From positions 2,912,001 to 2,976,000 of the forward strand of contig JAXHMG010000003.1 of NCBI GenBank assembly GCA_034521595.1: 64,000 nucleotides of DNA. The letters run 5' to 3'. This document shows, one piece after another, positions 28,930 through 39,179 of the stretch. Within the stretch, counting starts at the first letter, position 1. Each line of letters begins with the position of its first letter. The translations under genes and the position numbers were made by a program. The DNA is from Gemmatimonadota bacterium (GTDB lineage Bacteria; Gemmatimonadota; Gemmatimonadetes; Longimicrobiales; Gaopeijiaceae). Below the pieces are notes generated by a model. It was given only the letters and a program-made list of their open reading frames with translations, ran no database searches and was not told where the DNA came from.

Positions 28930-30267
28930 ATGCAACACGAAGCCACTGCCCCAGCAACCTCGAACGTGGTAGCAGCGGCCGCATGGCCGACACGCTTCAT
29001 CGCCGGTCTGGCCGTGCTGGCCATGGCCGCCTGTGGTCCGGAAAGCTCGGATCGGGTGGAGGTGGCCGAACGGTGTCCGGGGGACGATCCCCGCATCGAG
29101 CTTCCGGATGGATTCTGTGCCCAAGTGGTCTCGGAGGGCGTTCAGGGTGCCCGGCATATCGACGTCGCGCCCAACGGGGACGTGTTCGTCGCGCGGCGCA
29201 ACATGCGGGATGATGACGAAACGGTGCCGGGCGGTGTCACGGTGCTCCGTGACACCGACGACGACGGGCGCGCGGACGAACGGGCCGACTGGGGAGCGAA
29301 CGGCGGGAACGAGGTGCTGCTCGCCGACGGGTTCGTCTACTTCGCCCCAGACGATGCCGTGCTGCGCTACCCGGTCGAAGCCGGCTCGATGGAGCCGGCC
29401 GGTCCCCCGGACACCGTCGTGGCGGATCTTCCGGACGAGCGGAGCCACGCGGCCAAGAGCCTCGCGCTGGGCGACGACGGCTCGTTGTACGTCAACCTCG
29501 GATCGCCGTCGAACGCATGCATGACCGACGCTCGCACCCCCGAGTCACCCGGCATGGACCCCTGCCCCGAGCTGGAGACCAGAGCCGGCATCTGGCGCTT
29601 CTCGGCGGACGACACCGGGCAGACGCTCGCGGACGGGACCCGCTTCGCGACCGGGCTCAGGAACACGGTCGCCCTCCGTATGCATCCGGAGGAAGGGGTG
29701 CTGTACGGCGTGGTCCACGGACGGGATCAGCTCAACGCCATGTGGCCCGAGATCTTCGACGTGGACGACAACACGGAGATGCCCTCCGAAGAGTTCGTCC
29801 GGATCACCGAAGGCACGGACTTCGGCTGGCCTTACTGCTTCCACGATCCACGGACGGGCCGCAAGCTCCTCGCCCCGGAGTACGGCGGTGACGGGGAAAC
29901 AGTGGGGCGCTGCTCGGAGAAGGACATGCCCATGATCGCCTTCCCGGCGCACTGGGCTCCGAACGACCTCGAGTTCTACACGGGCGGGGCGTTCCCGGAG
30001 CGATACCGGGGTGGCGCCTTCATCGCCTTTCACGGCTCGTGGAACCGCGCGCCGAACCCCCAGGAGGGATTTCAGGTCGTCTTCGCTCCGTCCTCGGCCC
30101 AGGGCTTCGGTCCGGAGTGGGAAACCTTCGCGGACGGGTTCCGCAACGAACAGGACCCCGACACCCACGCGCGCCCGGTCGGCGTGGCCATGGGGCCCGA
30201 GGGCGCGCTGTACGTGTCCGACAGCGTGAACGGCCGCATCTGGCGCATCCTTTATCACGGATCGTGA
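28930..30267 (+). CDS. PQQ-dependent sugar/sorbosone dehydrogenase family lipoprotein
   Basis: Lipobox MAAC; LPDGF, FATGLRN, FGWPYC, AHWAP, FHGSWNR, RPVGV. Confidence 0.9.
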   Translation: MQHEATAPATSNVVAAAAWPTRFIAGLAVLAMAACGPESSDRVEVAERCPGDDPRIELPDGFCAQVVSEGVQGARHIDVAPNGDVFVARRNMRDDDETVPGGVTVLRDTDDDGRADERADWGANGGNEVLLADGFVYFAPDDAVLRYPVEAGSMEPAGPPDTVVADLPDERSHAAKSLALGDDGSLYVNLGSPSNACMTDARTPESPGMDPCPELETRAGIWRFSADDTGQTLADGTRFATGLRNTVALRMHPEEGVLYGVVHGRDQLNAMWPEIFDVDDNTEMPSEEFVRITEGTDFGWPYCFHDPRTGRKLLAPEYGGDGETVGRCSEKDMPMIAFPAHWAPNDLEFYTGGAFPERYRGGAFIAFHGSWNRAPNPQEGFQVVFAPSSAQGFGPEWETFADGFRNEQDPDTHARPVGVAMGPEGALYVSDSVNGRIWRILYHGS

Positions 30268-30285
30268 CCCGCGGCGGCCCATTGG

Positions 30286-31020
30286 ATGGCGATCGGTAAC
30301 GACGTGGTGGACCTCACGGCCGCCAGGGCGAAGGGCATGGCGGAGAAGCATCGATTCGTCGAACGGGTCTTCACCCGGAACGAGCGAGCACGGATCCTGT
30401 CCGGATCCGATCCGGACCTCGAGGTGTGGCTCGCTTGGGCGGCGAAGGAGGCTGCCTACAAGGTCGTATCCAAGCTCGACGGCAAAGCACCGGTCTTCGA
30501 GCACAGGTCGTTCGTCGTCGTGTGGGACGAAGCCGGGACGAGCGCGGAGCGGTCACACGGTGGCACCGTGCGACACGAAGGGCGTACCCTCAGGGTGTGG
30601 ACCGCCGCGGAACGGGACGCGGGCTACGTACACGTGCTCTCGTGGCTGACGGAGAGGCCGGGCACCGTGCCGGGCGACCCGGCCGAGGGTGCCCCGCGCG
30701 GAGCTCGCTGGACGGTCGAACGGCTCGATCGTCCGGACGCGCCCTGGGCGGGATCGTACGAGGCGCTCACCGCGCGTCTCGGCGAGAGGGAGCGGGACGC
30801 CGTGCACTCCCGGCCGTCGGCCGCCGTGCGGATCGGAGCGCGTGCGGAGATCGCGTCCGTGCTCGGCATCGACCGGGACCGTACGGAGATCGTCTGCCAG
30901 CCGGGACGGACGGGCCGGCGCCCGCCGCGGATCCTGGTGGACGGGACGCCCGCGACCCTCGACGTTTCCCTGTCCCACGACGGTCCCTGGATCGCGTGGG
31001 CACTCGCCCCCCTGTCGTAG
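30286..31020 (+). CDS. 4'-phosphopantetheinyl transferase family protein
   Basis: IGNDVVD, RVFTxxE, WAAKEAAYK, VSLSHD. Confidence 0.85.
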   Translation: MAIGNDVVDLTAARAKGMAEKHRFVERVFTRNERARILSGSDPDLEVWLAWAAKEAAYKVVSKLDGKAPVFEHRSFVVVWDEAGTSAERSHGGTVRHEGRTLRVWTAAERDAGYVHVLSWLTERPGTVPGDPAEGAPRGARWTVERLDRPDAPWAGSYEALTARLGERERDAVHSRPSAAVRIGARAEIASVLGIDRDRTEIVCQPGRTGRRPPRILVDGTPATLDVSLSHDGPWIAWALAPLS

Positions 31021-31100
31021 CCGTCCGTGGCAGAAGCCCGCAACCCGTCGTTGGAAGCGCCACGGCCTCGCACACATCCCGAACCGAAGCGGCCCGCCCC

Positions 31101-31670
31101 ATGGAAGACCGAGCCCGTCTGAAGCAGCTACTCGTGGAACGTTCGGTGCGGCTCGGCGAGTTCACGCTCGCCAGTGGCGCCCGTTCGAGCTATTACGTCG
31201 ATGCGCGTCGCACGTCCATGAGCGCTGAAGGACAATACCTCATAGGCAAAATGGGACGCACCGCGGTACGCGAGCACGACCTCCGGCCGAGTCATGTCGG
31301 AGGGCTCACGATGGGCGCCGACCCGATCGCCTACGCCATCGCGCACCGGAGCTTCATCGACGGTGCGCCGGTCGATGCCTTTTCGGTCCGGAAGAAGCCG
31401 AAGGAGCACGGCACGGGGCAACGCATCGAGGGGGGGCTTCCCTCGGATGCCCACTGTCTGATGGTCGAAGATGCCATGACCACGGGGGGCAGCACGTTGG
31501 GGGCGATCGACGCCGTGGAAGAGCACGGAGCCGTCGTGGTGGGAGTGCTCACGCTCGTCGACCGCTCCGAGAGCGCGGCGGACCTCTTCGAGGAGCGTGG
31601 GATTCCGCTGATTTCCCTGTTCCGGGGATCCGAGCTCCTCGAAGCGGCCAGGACGCACCCGACGACGTGA
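31101..31670 (+). CDS. pyrE: Orotate phosphoribosyltransferase
   Basis: GEFTLASGARSSYYVD, RKKPKEHG, VEDAMTTGGS. Confidence 0.95.
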   Translation: MEDRARLKQLLVERSVRLGEFTLASGARSSYYVDARRTSMSAEGQYLIGKMGRTAVREHDLRPSHVGGLTMGADPIAYAIAHRSFIDGAPVDAFSVRKKPKEHGTGQRIEGGLPSDAHCLMVEDAMTTGGSTLGAIDAVEEHGAVVVGVLTLVDRSESAADLFEERGIPLISLFRGSELLEAARTHPTT

Positions 31671-31685
31671 GCCGAATTCCTCTCG

Positions 31686-32798
31686 TCAGTCGAGCAGACG
31701 AAGGGGCATGATCAAGCACAGGTAGTCGGGCTCGTCGTCACCCGAGCCCGTGGGAACGATCGTCGCGGCCCGCTCCGGGGCCTTGAATGCGATGTCCACC
31801 TCGTCCGTCGGCATGTACTTCAGGACCTCGAGGAGGTAATTCGCGTTGAAGCCGATCTCGAGCTCCTCACCGTCGTATCCGACTTCGAGCTCATCGTGTC
31901 CTTCACCGAGGTCCGGAGTGAGTACGTTCAGATGGACCCCGCCGGACTCGAACTTCATCCGGATCCGGTGCGTCTGGTCGGACGCGACCACGGCCATCCG
32001 GCGCACGGCCGAGGCCAGGGCCTTTTTCTCGACCGTCGCGACCTTGTCGTTGTCCTTCGGGATGACCTGCTCGTAATTCGGGTACGTTCCCTCGATAAGA
32101 CGCGTATAGATCTCGGTCTTCTCGCCCTGAAACCCGAGGTGGTTTCCACTGCGCGCCACCGTCAGCGTGTCGTCGTCTTTGAACAAGCGCTGCACTTGCT
32201 GTAGCGCTCCGGGCGGCACGATGAAGTCCGCCGACGTCGTTCCCGTGTCCTCGACGGAGACGCTCATCCGAGCCAACCGGTGCCCGTTCGTCGCCACCAT
32301 CCGCATCTCCCCGGCGCGGAGCTCCCAGAGCACACCATTCAGAATCGGGCGACTCTCTTCAGTCGACACGGCGAACGAGGTGTGGTGGATGAGGCGGCTC
32401 AGATCGCTTCCCGTCACGGACAGGCCGGTCGAGAAATCGACTTCGGCCAGCTTCGGGAACTCCTCGGCCGGAAGGCCGTTCAGCTTGAAGCGGCTATGAC
32501 CACAGTGAAGCTCGATCTGATCTCCCCGCGTCGAAACCTCCACCGACTGGTCCGGTAGCTCGCGTGTGATCTCCTGGAGCTTCTTACCGGGTGCCGTGAG
32601 GCTTCCTTCCTCCTTCACGTCGGCGGGCACACGAACACGGACGGCGACATCGAGGTCCGTTCCGCTCATCCACACGCCTTCCGCATCGGCTTCGAAGAGG
32701 ATGTTCGAAAGCACGGGCAAGGTCGTCTTTGACGGAATGCTTGCCGAAACCGCAGCAAGGCCATTGTGAAGATTTTGCCTGGTGATCGTGAAGTTCAT
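31686..32798 (-). CDS. dnaN: DNA polymerase III beta clamp
   Basis: TLPVLSNIL, SRPILNGV, VATNGHRL, YPNYEQVIP, IGFNANYL, LIMPLR. Confidence 0.98.
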   Translation of the reverse strand: MNFTITRQNLHNGLAAVSASIPSKTTLPVLSNILFEADAEGVWMSGTDLDVAVRVRVPADVKEEGSLTAPGKKLQEITRELPDQSVEVSTRGDQIELHCGHSRFKLNGLPAEEFPKLAEVDFSTGLSVTGSDLSRLIHHTSFAVSTEESRPILNGVLWELRAGEMRMVATNGHRLARMSVSVEDTGTTSADFIVPPGALQQVQRLFKDDDTLTVARSGNHLGFQGEKTEIYTRLIEGTYPNYEQVIPKDNDKVATVEKKALASAVRRMAVVASDQTHRIRMKFESGGVHLNVLTPDLGEGHDELEVGYDGEELEIGFNANYLLEVLKYMPTDEVDIAFKAPERAATIVPTGSGDDEPDYLCLIMPLRLLD

Positions 32799-32854
32799 CG
32801 AATCGTGGCTCCTGGCATATGGGTCGCCGGGATGGTGGAACACGGCTGGAGAGG

Positions 32855-33100
32855 GCGAATCATCCACAGACCCTGGATACTATGTCTGTTCTCTTCATAA
32901 AAACATAGTCGTAGTAGATGATGTGGATCTGTGGACGTTGGAGGTCGCTGAAGGTCGATCAGGCAATGATCACGAGGACCCGACGCTACTCGGGTAGGTC
33001 GGGAAAAGTCGGGGATAACTCGATGATCCCCACGATGGGGTCCTGGCCCGATGGGGAACAATGTGAAGAACGGACCTCATATCCACAGATCTCCACACCG
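32855..33100. promoter_or_regulatory. oriC (dnaA-dnaN intergenic region)
   Basis: DnaA-box-like TCATCCACA (32860), TGTGGATCT/GTGGAC (32922), GGGGATAAC (33011), ATATCCACA (33079); adjacent TAG trios and an AT-rich run (32895-32920). Confidence 0.85.
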
Positions 33101-33104
33101 TTGT

Positions 33105-34517
33105 TCAGACTCCATGGCCGCTGCTTTCAGTGACCTCGCGGCGGGTGGACTCGACGTCTTTGCGGAAGGTCTCGTCGCGTTCCATCCGCTCCTCGACTTT
33201 CCGGATGGAATGGATGACGGTGGAGTGGTCGCGTCCCCCGAAGAGCTCGCCGATGCGGACCAGGGACATCCCGAGCAACTCTTTGATGAGGTACATCGCG
33301 ACCTGCCGAGGTACCGTGAGGTCTTTGGTGCGGCGCTTGGAAGCCAATGCGTCGGTGCGCACATGCCAGCGTCGGGCCACGGCATTCCGGATCGTCTCGG
33401 GGGCGTATGCCGGTTCGGATGCATCGGAGCGACCGAGCACGCCGCGCAGCGCGGTTCGAGCCAAGTCGAGCGTGATTTCCTGGTGGGTGAGGGAGGAGTA
33501 CGCGAGGAGCTTGATCACGGCACCTTCGAGCTCCCGGACGGACGAAGTACAGGAGGAAGCGATGAACTCGATGATCTCGTCGTCCATCGAGAGCCCGTCG
33601 TCGTCCGCTTTCTTCCGGAGAATCGCGATGCGGGTCTCGAAATCGGGGGGACGGAGATCCACGACCAGTCCCCATTCGAAGCGGGACACCAGGCGTTCCT
33701 CGAGCCGAGCCATCTCCTTCGGGGGACGGTCGCTGGTGAGGACGATCTGGCGCCGGGCATCGTAGAGGGCATTGAAGGTGTGGAAGAACTCTTCCTGGGT
33801 GCTCTCCTTCCCCTCGAGAAAATGGACATCGTCGACCAGGAGGAGATCCATGTCCCGGTATCGGCGCCGGAACTGCGATGTCCGTCCTTCCCGAATCGAG
33901 GCGACGAGCTCGTTCGTGAACTTCTCGGAAGAGATGTAGGCGATGCGGCTCTCGGGGTTCTGCTCCAGGAGGTGGTTCCCGATCGCGTGCATGAGGTGCG
34001 TCTTACCCAGGCCGACGCCACCGTAGAGAAAGAGCGGGTTGTACATCCGAGCGGGGGTGTCGGCGACGGCTCTGCACGCGGCCGCGGCGAGCTGATTGTT
34101 CGCTCCGACCACGAAACGATCGAACGTGTAGCGCTCGTTGAGGGGTGGGCGGGGAACGGCGGGTCGTGATGTGTCGCCGGCGGGTGCCTGGTTCGGTGCG
34201 GGAGCGGGCTGGTCGTGGCTGGATGCGGGAAGCTCGACCGAGGGGATGCTCAGCGGATCGGGTCGCGCGGCGGCACGGACGGAAACCTTCAGGGGGCGTC
34301 CGAGGACCTGTTCCGCGGCCGAATCGAGGATATGGCCGAATTTGTCCTCGAGCCATTCGACGTGGAACGGGTTCTGAGCTTCGATGATGAGCTCGTCCGC
34401 GGTCGTGGCGACCGCGGTAGCGCTGGCAATCCAGGTCTTGAAGCTGTGCTCGGGCACGGAGGCGCGCGCCACCTCCTGGATCTTTAGCCACAACTCGGGG
34501 GCGGTGAGCTCCATCAT
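33105..34517 (-). CDS. dnaA: Chromosomal replication initiator
   Basis: YTFDRFVVG, YNPLFLYGGVGLGKTHL, QEEFFHTFN, GGRDHSTVIH. Confidence 0.99.
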   Translation of the reverse strand: MMELTAPELWLKIQEVARASVPEHSFKTWIASATAVATTADELIIEAQNPFHVEWLEDKFGHILDSAAEQVLGRPLKVSVRAAARPDPLSIPSVELPASSHDQPAPAPNQAPAGDTSRPAVPRPPLNERYTFDRFVVGANNQLAAAACRAVADTPARMYNPLFLYGGVGLGKTHLMHAIGNHLLEQNPESRIAYISSEKFTNELVASIREGRTSQFRRRYRDMDLLLVDDVHFLEGKESTQEEFFHTFNALYDARRQIVLTSDRPPKEMARLEERLVSRFEWGLVVDLRPPDFETRIAILRKKADDDGLSMDDEIIEFIASSCTSSVRELEGAVIKLLAYSSLTHQEITLDLARTALRGVLGRSDASEPAYAPETIRNAVARRWHVRTDALASKRRTKDLTVPRQVAMYLIKELLGMSLVRIGELFGGRDHSTVIHSIRKVEERMERDETFRKDVESTRREVTESSGHGV

Positions 34518-34684
34518 GACGCTCCCGGGAGGTCCCGGGGTTCGTGCGCACCCCGGGCCTCGGTGCCGATCCGAGGGCTCGAGATGGGGGGCGACGGGAG
34601 CATCAAAGGATGCGTGCTCGGCTTGAACGTGAGGGGCGGGGAAAGGTCTCCCGGTTGGGCCGGGCGCCGAAGCTATTCAGGGGA

Positions 34685-34693
34685 TGTGGAAAA
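34685..34693. promoter_or_regulatory. DnaA box upstream of dnaA
   Basis: TGTGGAAAA (= TTTTCCACA). Confidence 0.55.
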
Positions 34694-34834
34694 GTCAAAG
34701 GGGCGTTTGGAAGCCCCGTGGTGAGGCCGAAGATCGAGTGAATGCCGGCTTCAACGTTGACGGTGTTCCGGCTGCTAGCTTATCTTTTCAAGCTCGTTTA
34801 GAAACGTGGCAATCCATGGACCGGGCTGGGAGAG

Positions 34835-34984
34835 ATGAAGCCGACATACAAGCCCCGCAACCGCAAGCGGGTCAACAAGCACGGGTTTCGTTCCCGCATG
34901 AAGACCCGGGGAGGCCGCCAGGCGCTCAACCGTCGTCGTCGTCGTGGGCGAGGTCGACTCGTGGTGAAGGTCGGCGGGAAGTAG
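34835..34984 (+). CDS. rpmH: 50S ribosomal protein L34
   Basis: Manual translation [49 protein letters not shown]. Confidence 0.97.
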   Translation: MKPTYKPRNRKRVNKHGFRSRMKTRGGRQALNRRRRRGRGRLVVKVGGK

Positions 34985-35364
34985 TCGGCTTACCACCACC
35001 CCGTGGGGAGAGCTTCCCGCGGGAGGCACGTATCGTGCGCAGCCAGGATATACGCGGGCTGCTCGAGCGGGGGAAGCGCAGGAGGACGAAGAATCTTGAC
35101 GTCTTCTTCGCGGCTTCCCCCGCTTCGCGTTCCCGCATGGGGATCGTGGTTCCGAAGCACGGCCACCGGATCGTGGATCGCAATCGCTTGAAACGGAGAT
35201 TGCGGGAAATCGGACGGCGCGAGTTGCTTCCCGAGCTGGACGCCGGGAACGAGGCGATCGATGTGTTGGTGCGGGCCCGGCGGACGGCGTACCGGGCTGG
35301 ATACGAAGACTTGAAGCGAGAGTTGTCCGAGGCGTTGGAGACGATGTGGTCACGAAGCTCCTGA
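34981..35364 (+). CDS. rnpA: RNase P protein component
   Basis: [15 protein letters not shown]...[12 protein letters not shown]. No canonical start codon evident; start approximate. Confidence 0.9.
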   Translation, partial: VVGLPPPRGESFPREARIVRSQDIRGLLERGKRRRTKNLDVFFAASPASRSRMGIVVPKHGHRIVDRNRLKRRLREIGRRELLPELDAGNEAIDVLVRARRTAYRAGYEDLKRELSEALETMWSRSS

Positions 35365-35687
35365 TCGGGTGCGTTCGGTTCTACCGGATGGCGATTTCGC
35401 CGTGGACACCTCCTTCGTGCCGGTACGTGCCCACCTGCTCCGGCTACGCGATCGAGGCGATCGAGGGATACGGCCCGCTCCGCGGCTCGTGGCTCGCGCT
35501 ACGACGCATCGCGCGCTGCCACCCGTGGGGTGGGAAGGGCTACGACCCCGTACCGTTACCGTACAGCGCCCACGACGGTGAAGTGGACGAGCCCGGCGGT
35601 GCCCGCGCAGCGACACAGTTAATCCGAGAGACCGCCCGGCCTGGACCGCAGGCGGACCCCCGTGACACGAGAATGACGACCCGATGA
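35346..35687 (+). CDS. yidD: Membrane protein insertion efficiency factor
   Basis: [16 protein letters not shown]...[17 protein letters not shown]. Confidence 0.95.
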   Translation: MVTKLLIGCVRFYRMAISPWTPPSCRYVPTCSGYAIEAIEGYGPLRGSWLALRRIARCHPWGGKGYDPVPLPYSAHDGEVDEPGGARAATQLIRETARPGPQADPRDTRMTTR

Positions 35688-37444
35688 GAACCGAGATCCG
35701 TTTCCTGCTGGCCATCCTGTTGATGCTCGGCGTGCTCATCGGGACCAACTTGCTCTTCCCACCCGTGGTGCCGGAAGAGGAGCGCGAAGGCGTCGAGAAC
35801 GCGACCGACGCCGAGGACCCCGCGTCCGGTGCAGAGCCGGACGGAGGGGCCGCTCCAGCGGATCCGTCCACTGAGGAAGCGGCCGACACCGAGCCGGCCA
35901 TCACGCAACCTGCCGAGGAAGGGGCACCTGCGGCGGAGGCGGAGGGGCAGGCCGCGGCCGAGGGTCCGCCGGAGGAGATCGTGAGGGTGAGGGGGCCGCT
36001 CTTCCGGTACGAGTTCTCGACCCGCGGTGCGCGCATGGTGACGGCCGAGATGTCACAGTTCGAGGCGCTCAATCGGGACGGGCGGGTCGATTTGGTCCCG
36101 GAAGAGGTCGAGGGTTATTTCGGGCAGAAGCTCGTCGTCGGGGAGGACACGCTCGACCTCACGCGAGCGCCGTATCGGGTCGAGCCGAGTGAGGGGCTCG
36201 AGCTCACGGAGGGCGGCGAGCCGGAGACGCTACGGTTCTTCTACGCCCATCCGACGGGCTCGGTGACCCTCGAGCTCGCCTACACGTTCTATCCCGGCCA
36301 GTACCAGGTCGACGTGGAAGGACGCGTGGCGGGTCTCGACCGGCCCTTGCTGTTGACCGACGTGGGCGAAGGACTGGCGTACTCCGAGGCCGATTCGACG
36401 GGCGAAGCTCGGATGATGGCCTACGTCTACAACCACCTCCAGGACGGCATCGAGTCGACCAACCTGGATTCGGGGGAGCCGGGGGTGGTGGAAGGCCCAC
36501 TGCTGTGGACCGCGTTCCGCAGCAAGTTCTTCGTGATGGCGTTGCTCGCCGGCCGGGACGAGGCCACGATCGAAGAGAACGGTGAGTACCTGGGAGGGGT
36601 CCTGGTGAGCGAGAGCACCTTGCCCGACCGGGTCTCCGTGGCGGCGGCTCAGACGGTGCGGAACGGGGAAGTCGCGTACCGGCTCTTCATGGGGCCGCAG
36701 GAGTATGCGCGGCTGTCATCCCTCGGGCAGGGCATGGAGGAGGTCAACCCGTACGGGTGGCGTTTCTTCCGCCCGATCATCCGGCCGTTCGTGTCGATCA
36801 TCATGACGATCCTCGTGTTCTTCCACACGAACCTGGATCTCGGGTACGGCTGGGTGTTGATCCTCTTCGGCGTGCTCATGCGGGTGGTGTTGTTCCCGCT
36901 GAACCACAAGGCCATGAAGGCTCAGCTTCGCAACATGGCCGTGCAGCCGCTGGTGCAGGAGATCCAGACGAAGCACAAGGACAACCCGGAGAAGCTGCAG
37001 AAGGAGATGATGCGGCTCTACAAGGAGCATGGCTTCAACCCGTTCGCCGGTTGTTTGCCCATGCTTCTGCCGTGGCCGGTGTTGATCGCGCTCTTCTTCG
37101 TCTTCCAGAACACGATCGAGCTGCGTGGGGTGGAGTTCCTCTGGCTTCCGGACCTCTCGGCCAAGGATCCGCTCTTCATCCTCCCGGTCATTCTCGCCGG
37201 GTCGATGTTTCTCATGCAGTGGGTGAGCATGAAGTCTTTGGATCAGCCCAATCCGCAGATGAAGATGATGATGTGGATCATGCCGGGCATGATGCTCTTC
37301 ATCTTCCTGAACCTCGCGAGCGGGTTGAACCTCTACTACGCGACGGCGAACCTCGCGACGATCCCCCAGCAGGTCTGGATCGCCAGGGAGCGGCGGAAGA
37401 TCAAGGGGCGAGCACCGCCCACGCTGGACGACGACGGTGAATGA
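35684..37444 (+). CDS. yidC: Membrane protein insertase
   Basis: [32 protein letters not shown]. Confidence 0.97.
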   Translation: MRTEIRFLLAILLMLGVLIGTNLLFPPVVPEEEREGVENATDAEDPASGAEPDGGAAPADPSTEEAADTEPAITQPAEEGAPAAEAEGQAAAEGPPEEIVRVRGPLFRYEFSTRGARMVTAEMSQFEALNRDGRVDLVPEEVEGYFGQKLVVGEDTLDLTRAPYRVEPSEGLELTEGGEPETLRFFYAHPTGSVTLELAYTFYPGQYQVDVEGRVAGLDRPLLLTDVGEGLAYSEADSTGEARMMAYVYNHLQDGIESTNLDSGEPGVVEGPLLWTAFRSKFFVMALLAGRDEATIEENGEYLGGVLVSESTLPDRVSVAAAQTVRNGEVAYRLFMGPQEYARLSSLGQGMEEVNPYGWRFFRPIIRPFVSIIMTILVFFHTNLDLGYGWVLILFGVLMRVVLFPLNHKAMKAQLRNMAVQPLVQEIQTKHKDNPEKLQKEMMRLYKEHGFNPFAGCLPMLLPWPVLIALFFVFQNTIELRGVEFLWLPDLSAKDPLFILPVILAGSMFLMQWVSMKSLDQPNPQMKMMMWIMPGMMLFIFLNLASGLNLYYATANLATIPQQVWIARERRKIKGRAPPTLDDDGE

Positions 37445-37460
37445 CGTCCGGTAGCAACCC

Positions 37461-38843
37461 ATGGACATCGATACCATCGCCGCGCTGTCCACCGCACCGG
37501 GGTTGGGTGCGATCGCGATCGTGCGGATCTCGGGTCCGGACGCCTTCCGGCTGTTCGAGACATTGGCGCCGGAAGAGGGGGGGGACCGGCCGAAGGCTCG
37601 GGTCGCGACGCTGGTAAAGCTGGTGGACCCCGACGAAGGGAACGTGCTGGACCATGCGTTGGTCACGTGCTTTCCGGGGCCGGACAGCTACACCGGCGAG
37701 GACGTGGTCGAGATCTCGTGCCACGGGGGTACGTTGGTCCCTCAGCTCGTGCTGGACGCGTGTCTGAGGGCCGGCGCGCGGGACGCGGAGCCGGGTGAGT
37801 TCACGCGACGGGCCTATCTGCACGGGCGCATGGACCTGGTGCAGGCCGAGGCCGTAGGGGACGTGATCCACGCCCGAAGCCGGGCGCTGCATCGTGCCGC
37901 GGTGGGACAGCTCGACCGGGGCCTGTCGGAGCGGGTGGGTGCTTTGCGGCGTGCGATGCTGGGGCTGGAAGCACAGCTCGCGCACCACATAGACTTTCCG
38001 GAGGAAGACGACCCCCCGGTGCCGTTGGAGGGCATCCGGGCCGAAGCGGAGGCGCTGGCGGGCCGGCTCGAGCATATGCTCGCGACGGCTCCGGAAGGCG
38101 AGCTGCTGCGGGAAGGGGCGCTGGTGGTGTTGGCCGGGTTGCCGAACGTGGGCAAGTCGTCGCTGTACAATGCGATGTTGGGGCGGGAACGCGCGATCGT
38201 CACGGAACAGCCCGGAACGACGCGAGACGCCCTCGAAGCGGAGATCGAGTTGGGGGGCTTCCCGTTCCGTGTCGTGGACACGGCGGGTCTGAGGGATACC
38301 GAGGAACGGATCGAGCGGCTCGGCATCGAGGTGACGCGGCGGTACCTGGACGGAGCCGATGTGATCCTCCTCTGCGTGGAAGCGGGAGGGGGAATGGGGG
38401 CGAGCGAGAAAGCCTTCCTCGAAGAGCATGCGGAGCGCAACGTGCTCGTGGTGGAGACGAAGGCCGATGCCGCGGCGCCAGGTGACGGGGACATGGGATC
38501 GCAGGCACCCGCATCGGCCGGGCAGGTGCCGATTCGGGTATCCGCGAAGACGGGCGAGGGATTGGACGCTCTTCGGGAAGGGCTGTTAGGGCTCGTCTTC
38601 GGTGGGCTCGTGAGCGCATCTCCGGAGGTGCCGGTGATCACGCGGAGACGGCACGCGCGTGCGCTCGGCGAGGCTCTCGAAGCCGTGCGGGAGTTCGGGA
38701 AGGCGTTGGATGCGGGCGTGCCGCCGGAGATGGCATCGGCGCACCTCCGGTCGGGGGAAAGCGCGCTGGAGGATGTGCTGGGCGTGATCTCGACGGACGA
38801 TGTGCTGGATGTGGTGTTCAGAGACTTCTGTGTGGGGAAATGA
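37461..38843 (+). CDS. mnmE: tRNA modification GTPase
   Basis: DTIAALST, SYTGEDVVE, GLPNVGKSS, GTTRD, DTAG, FCVGK. Confidence 0.98.
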   Translation: MDIDTIAALSTAPGLGAIAIVRISGPDAFRLFETLAPEEGGDRPKARVATLVKLVDPDEGNVLDHALVTCFPGPDSYTGEDVVEISCHGGTLVPQLVLDACLRAGARDAEPGEFTRRAYLHGRMDLVQAEAVGDVIHARSRALHRAAVGQLDRGLSERVGALRRAMLGLEAQLAHHIDFPEEDDPPVPLEGIRAEAEALAGRLEHMLATAPEGELLREGALVVLAGLPNVGKSSLYNAMLGRERAIVTEQPGTTRDALEAEIELGGFPFRVVDTAGLRDTEERIERLGIEVTRRYLDGADVILLCVEAGGGMGASEKAFLEEHAERNVLVVETKADAAAPGDGDMGSQAPASAGQVPIRVSAKTGEGLDALREGLLGLVFGGLVSASPEVPVITRRRHARALGEALEAVREFGKALDAGVPPEMASAHLRSGESALEDVLGVISTDDVLDVVFRDFCVGK

Positions 38844-39154
38844 TGAGCGGCACGGACGAAAGAGTCAGCGCGAAGCGGTTTCGGGTGGAGGGGGCGGTGC
38901 AGGGGGTTGGATTCCGATGGTGGACCAAAAAGATGGCCTCGGAAGGGGGTTTGGTCGGCTGGGTGAGGAACCGAGCGGACGGCTCCGTGGAGGTCAAGGC
39001 TCGGGGCAGGCCCGAGGCGGTGGAGCGGTTCGGCGAGGCGTTGCGCGAAGGACCTCCTCCGGCCCGCGTCGAGGCGGTTTACGAAGAGGACCTCGGTGAC
39101 GGTAACCGAGAGCACGCGGCGGAGTGGACCGACTTCTCGATCGAGCAGGGGTGA
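38840..39154 (+). CDS. acyP: Acylphosphatase
   Basis: [24 protein letters not shown]. Confidence 0.93.
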   Translation: MMSGTDERVSAKRFRVEGAVQGVGFRWWTKKMASEGGLVGWVRNRADGSVEVKARGRPEAVERFGEALREGPPPARVEAVYEEDLGDGNREHAAEWTDFSIEQG

Positions 39155-39179
39155 GTCGGCTCACGTCCGAGGAGCGATT

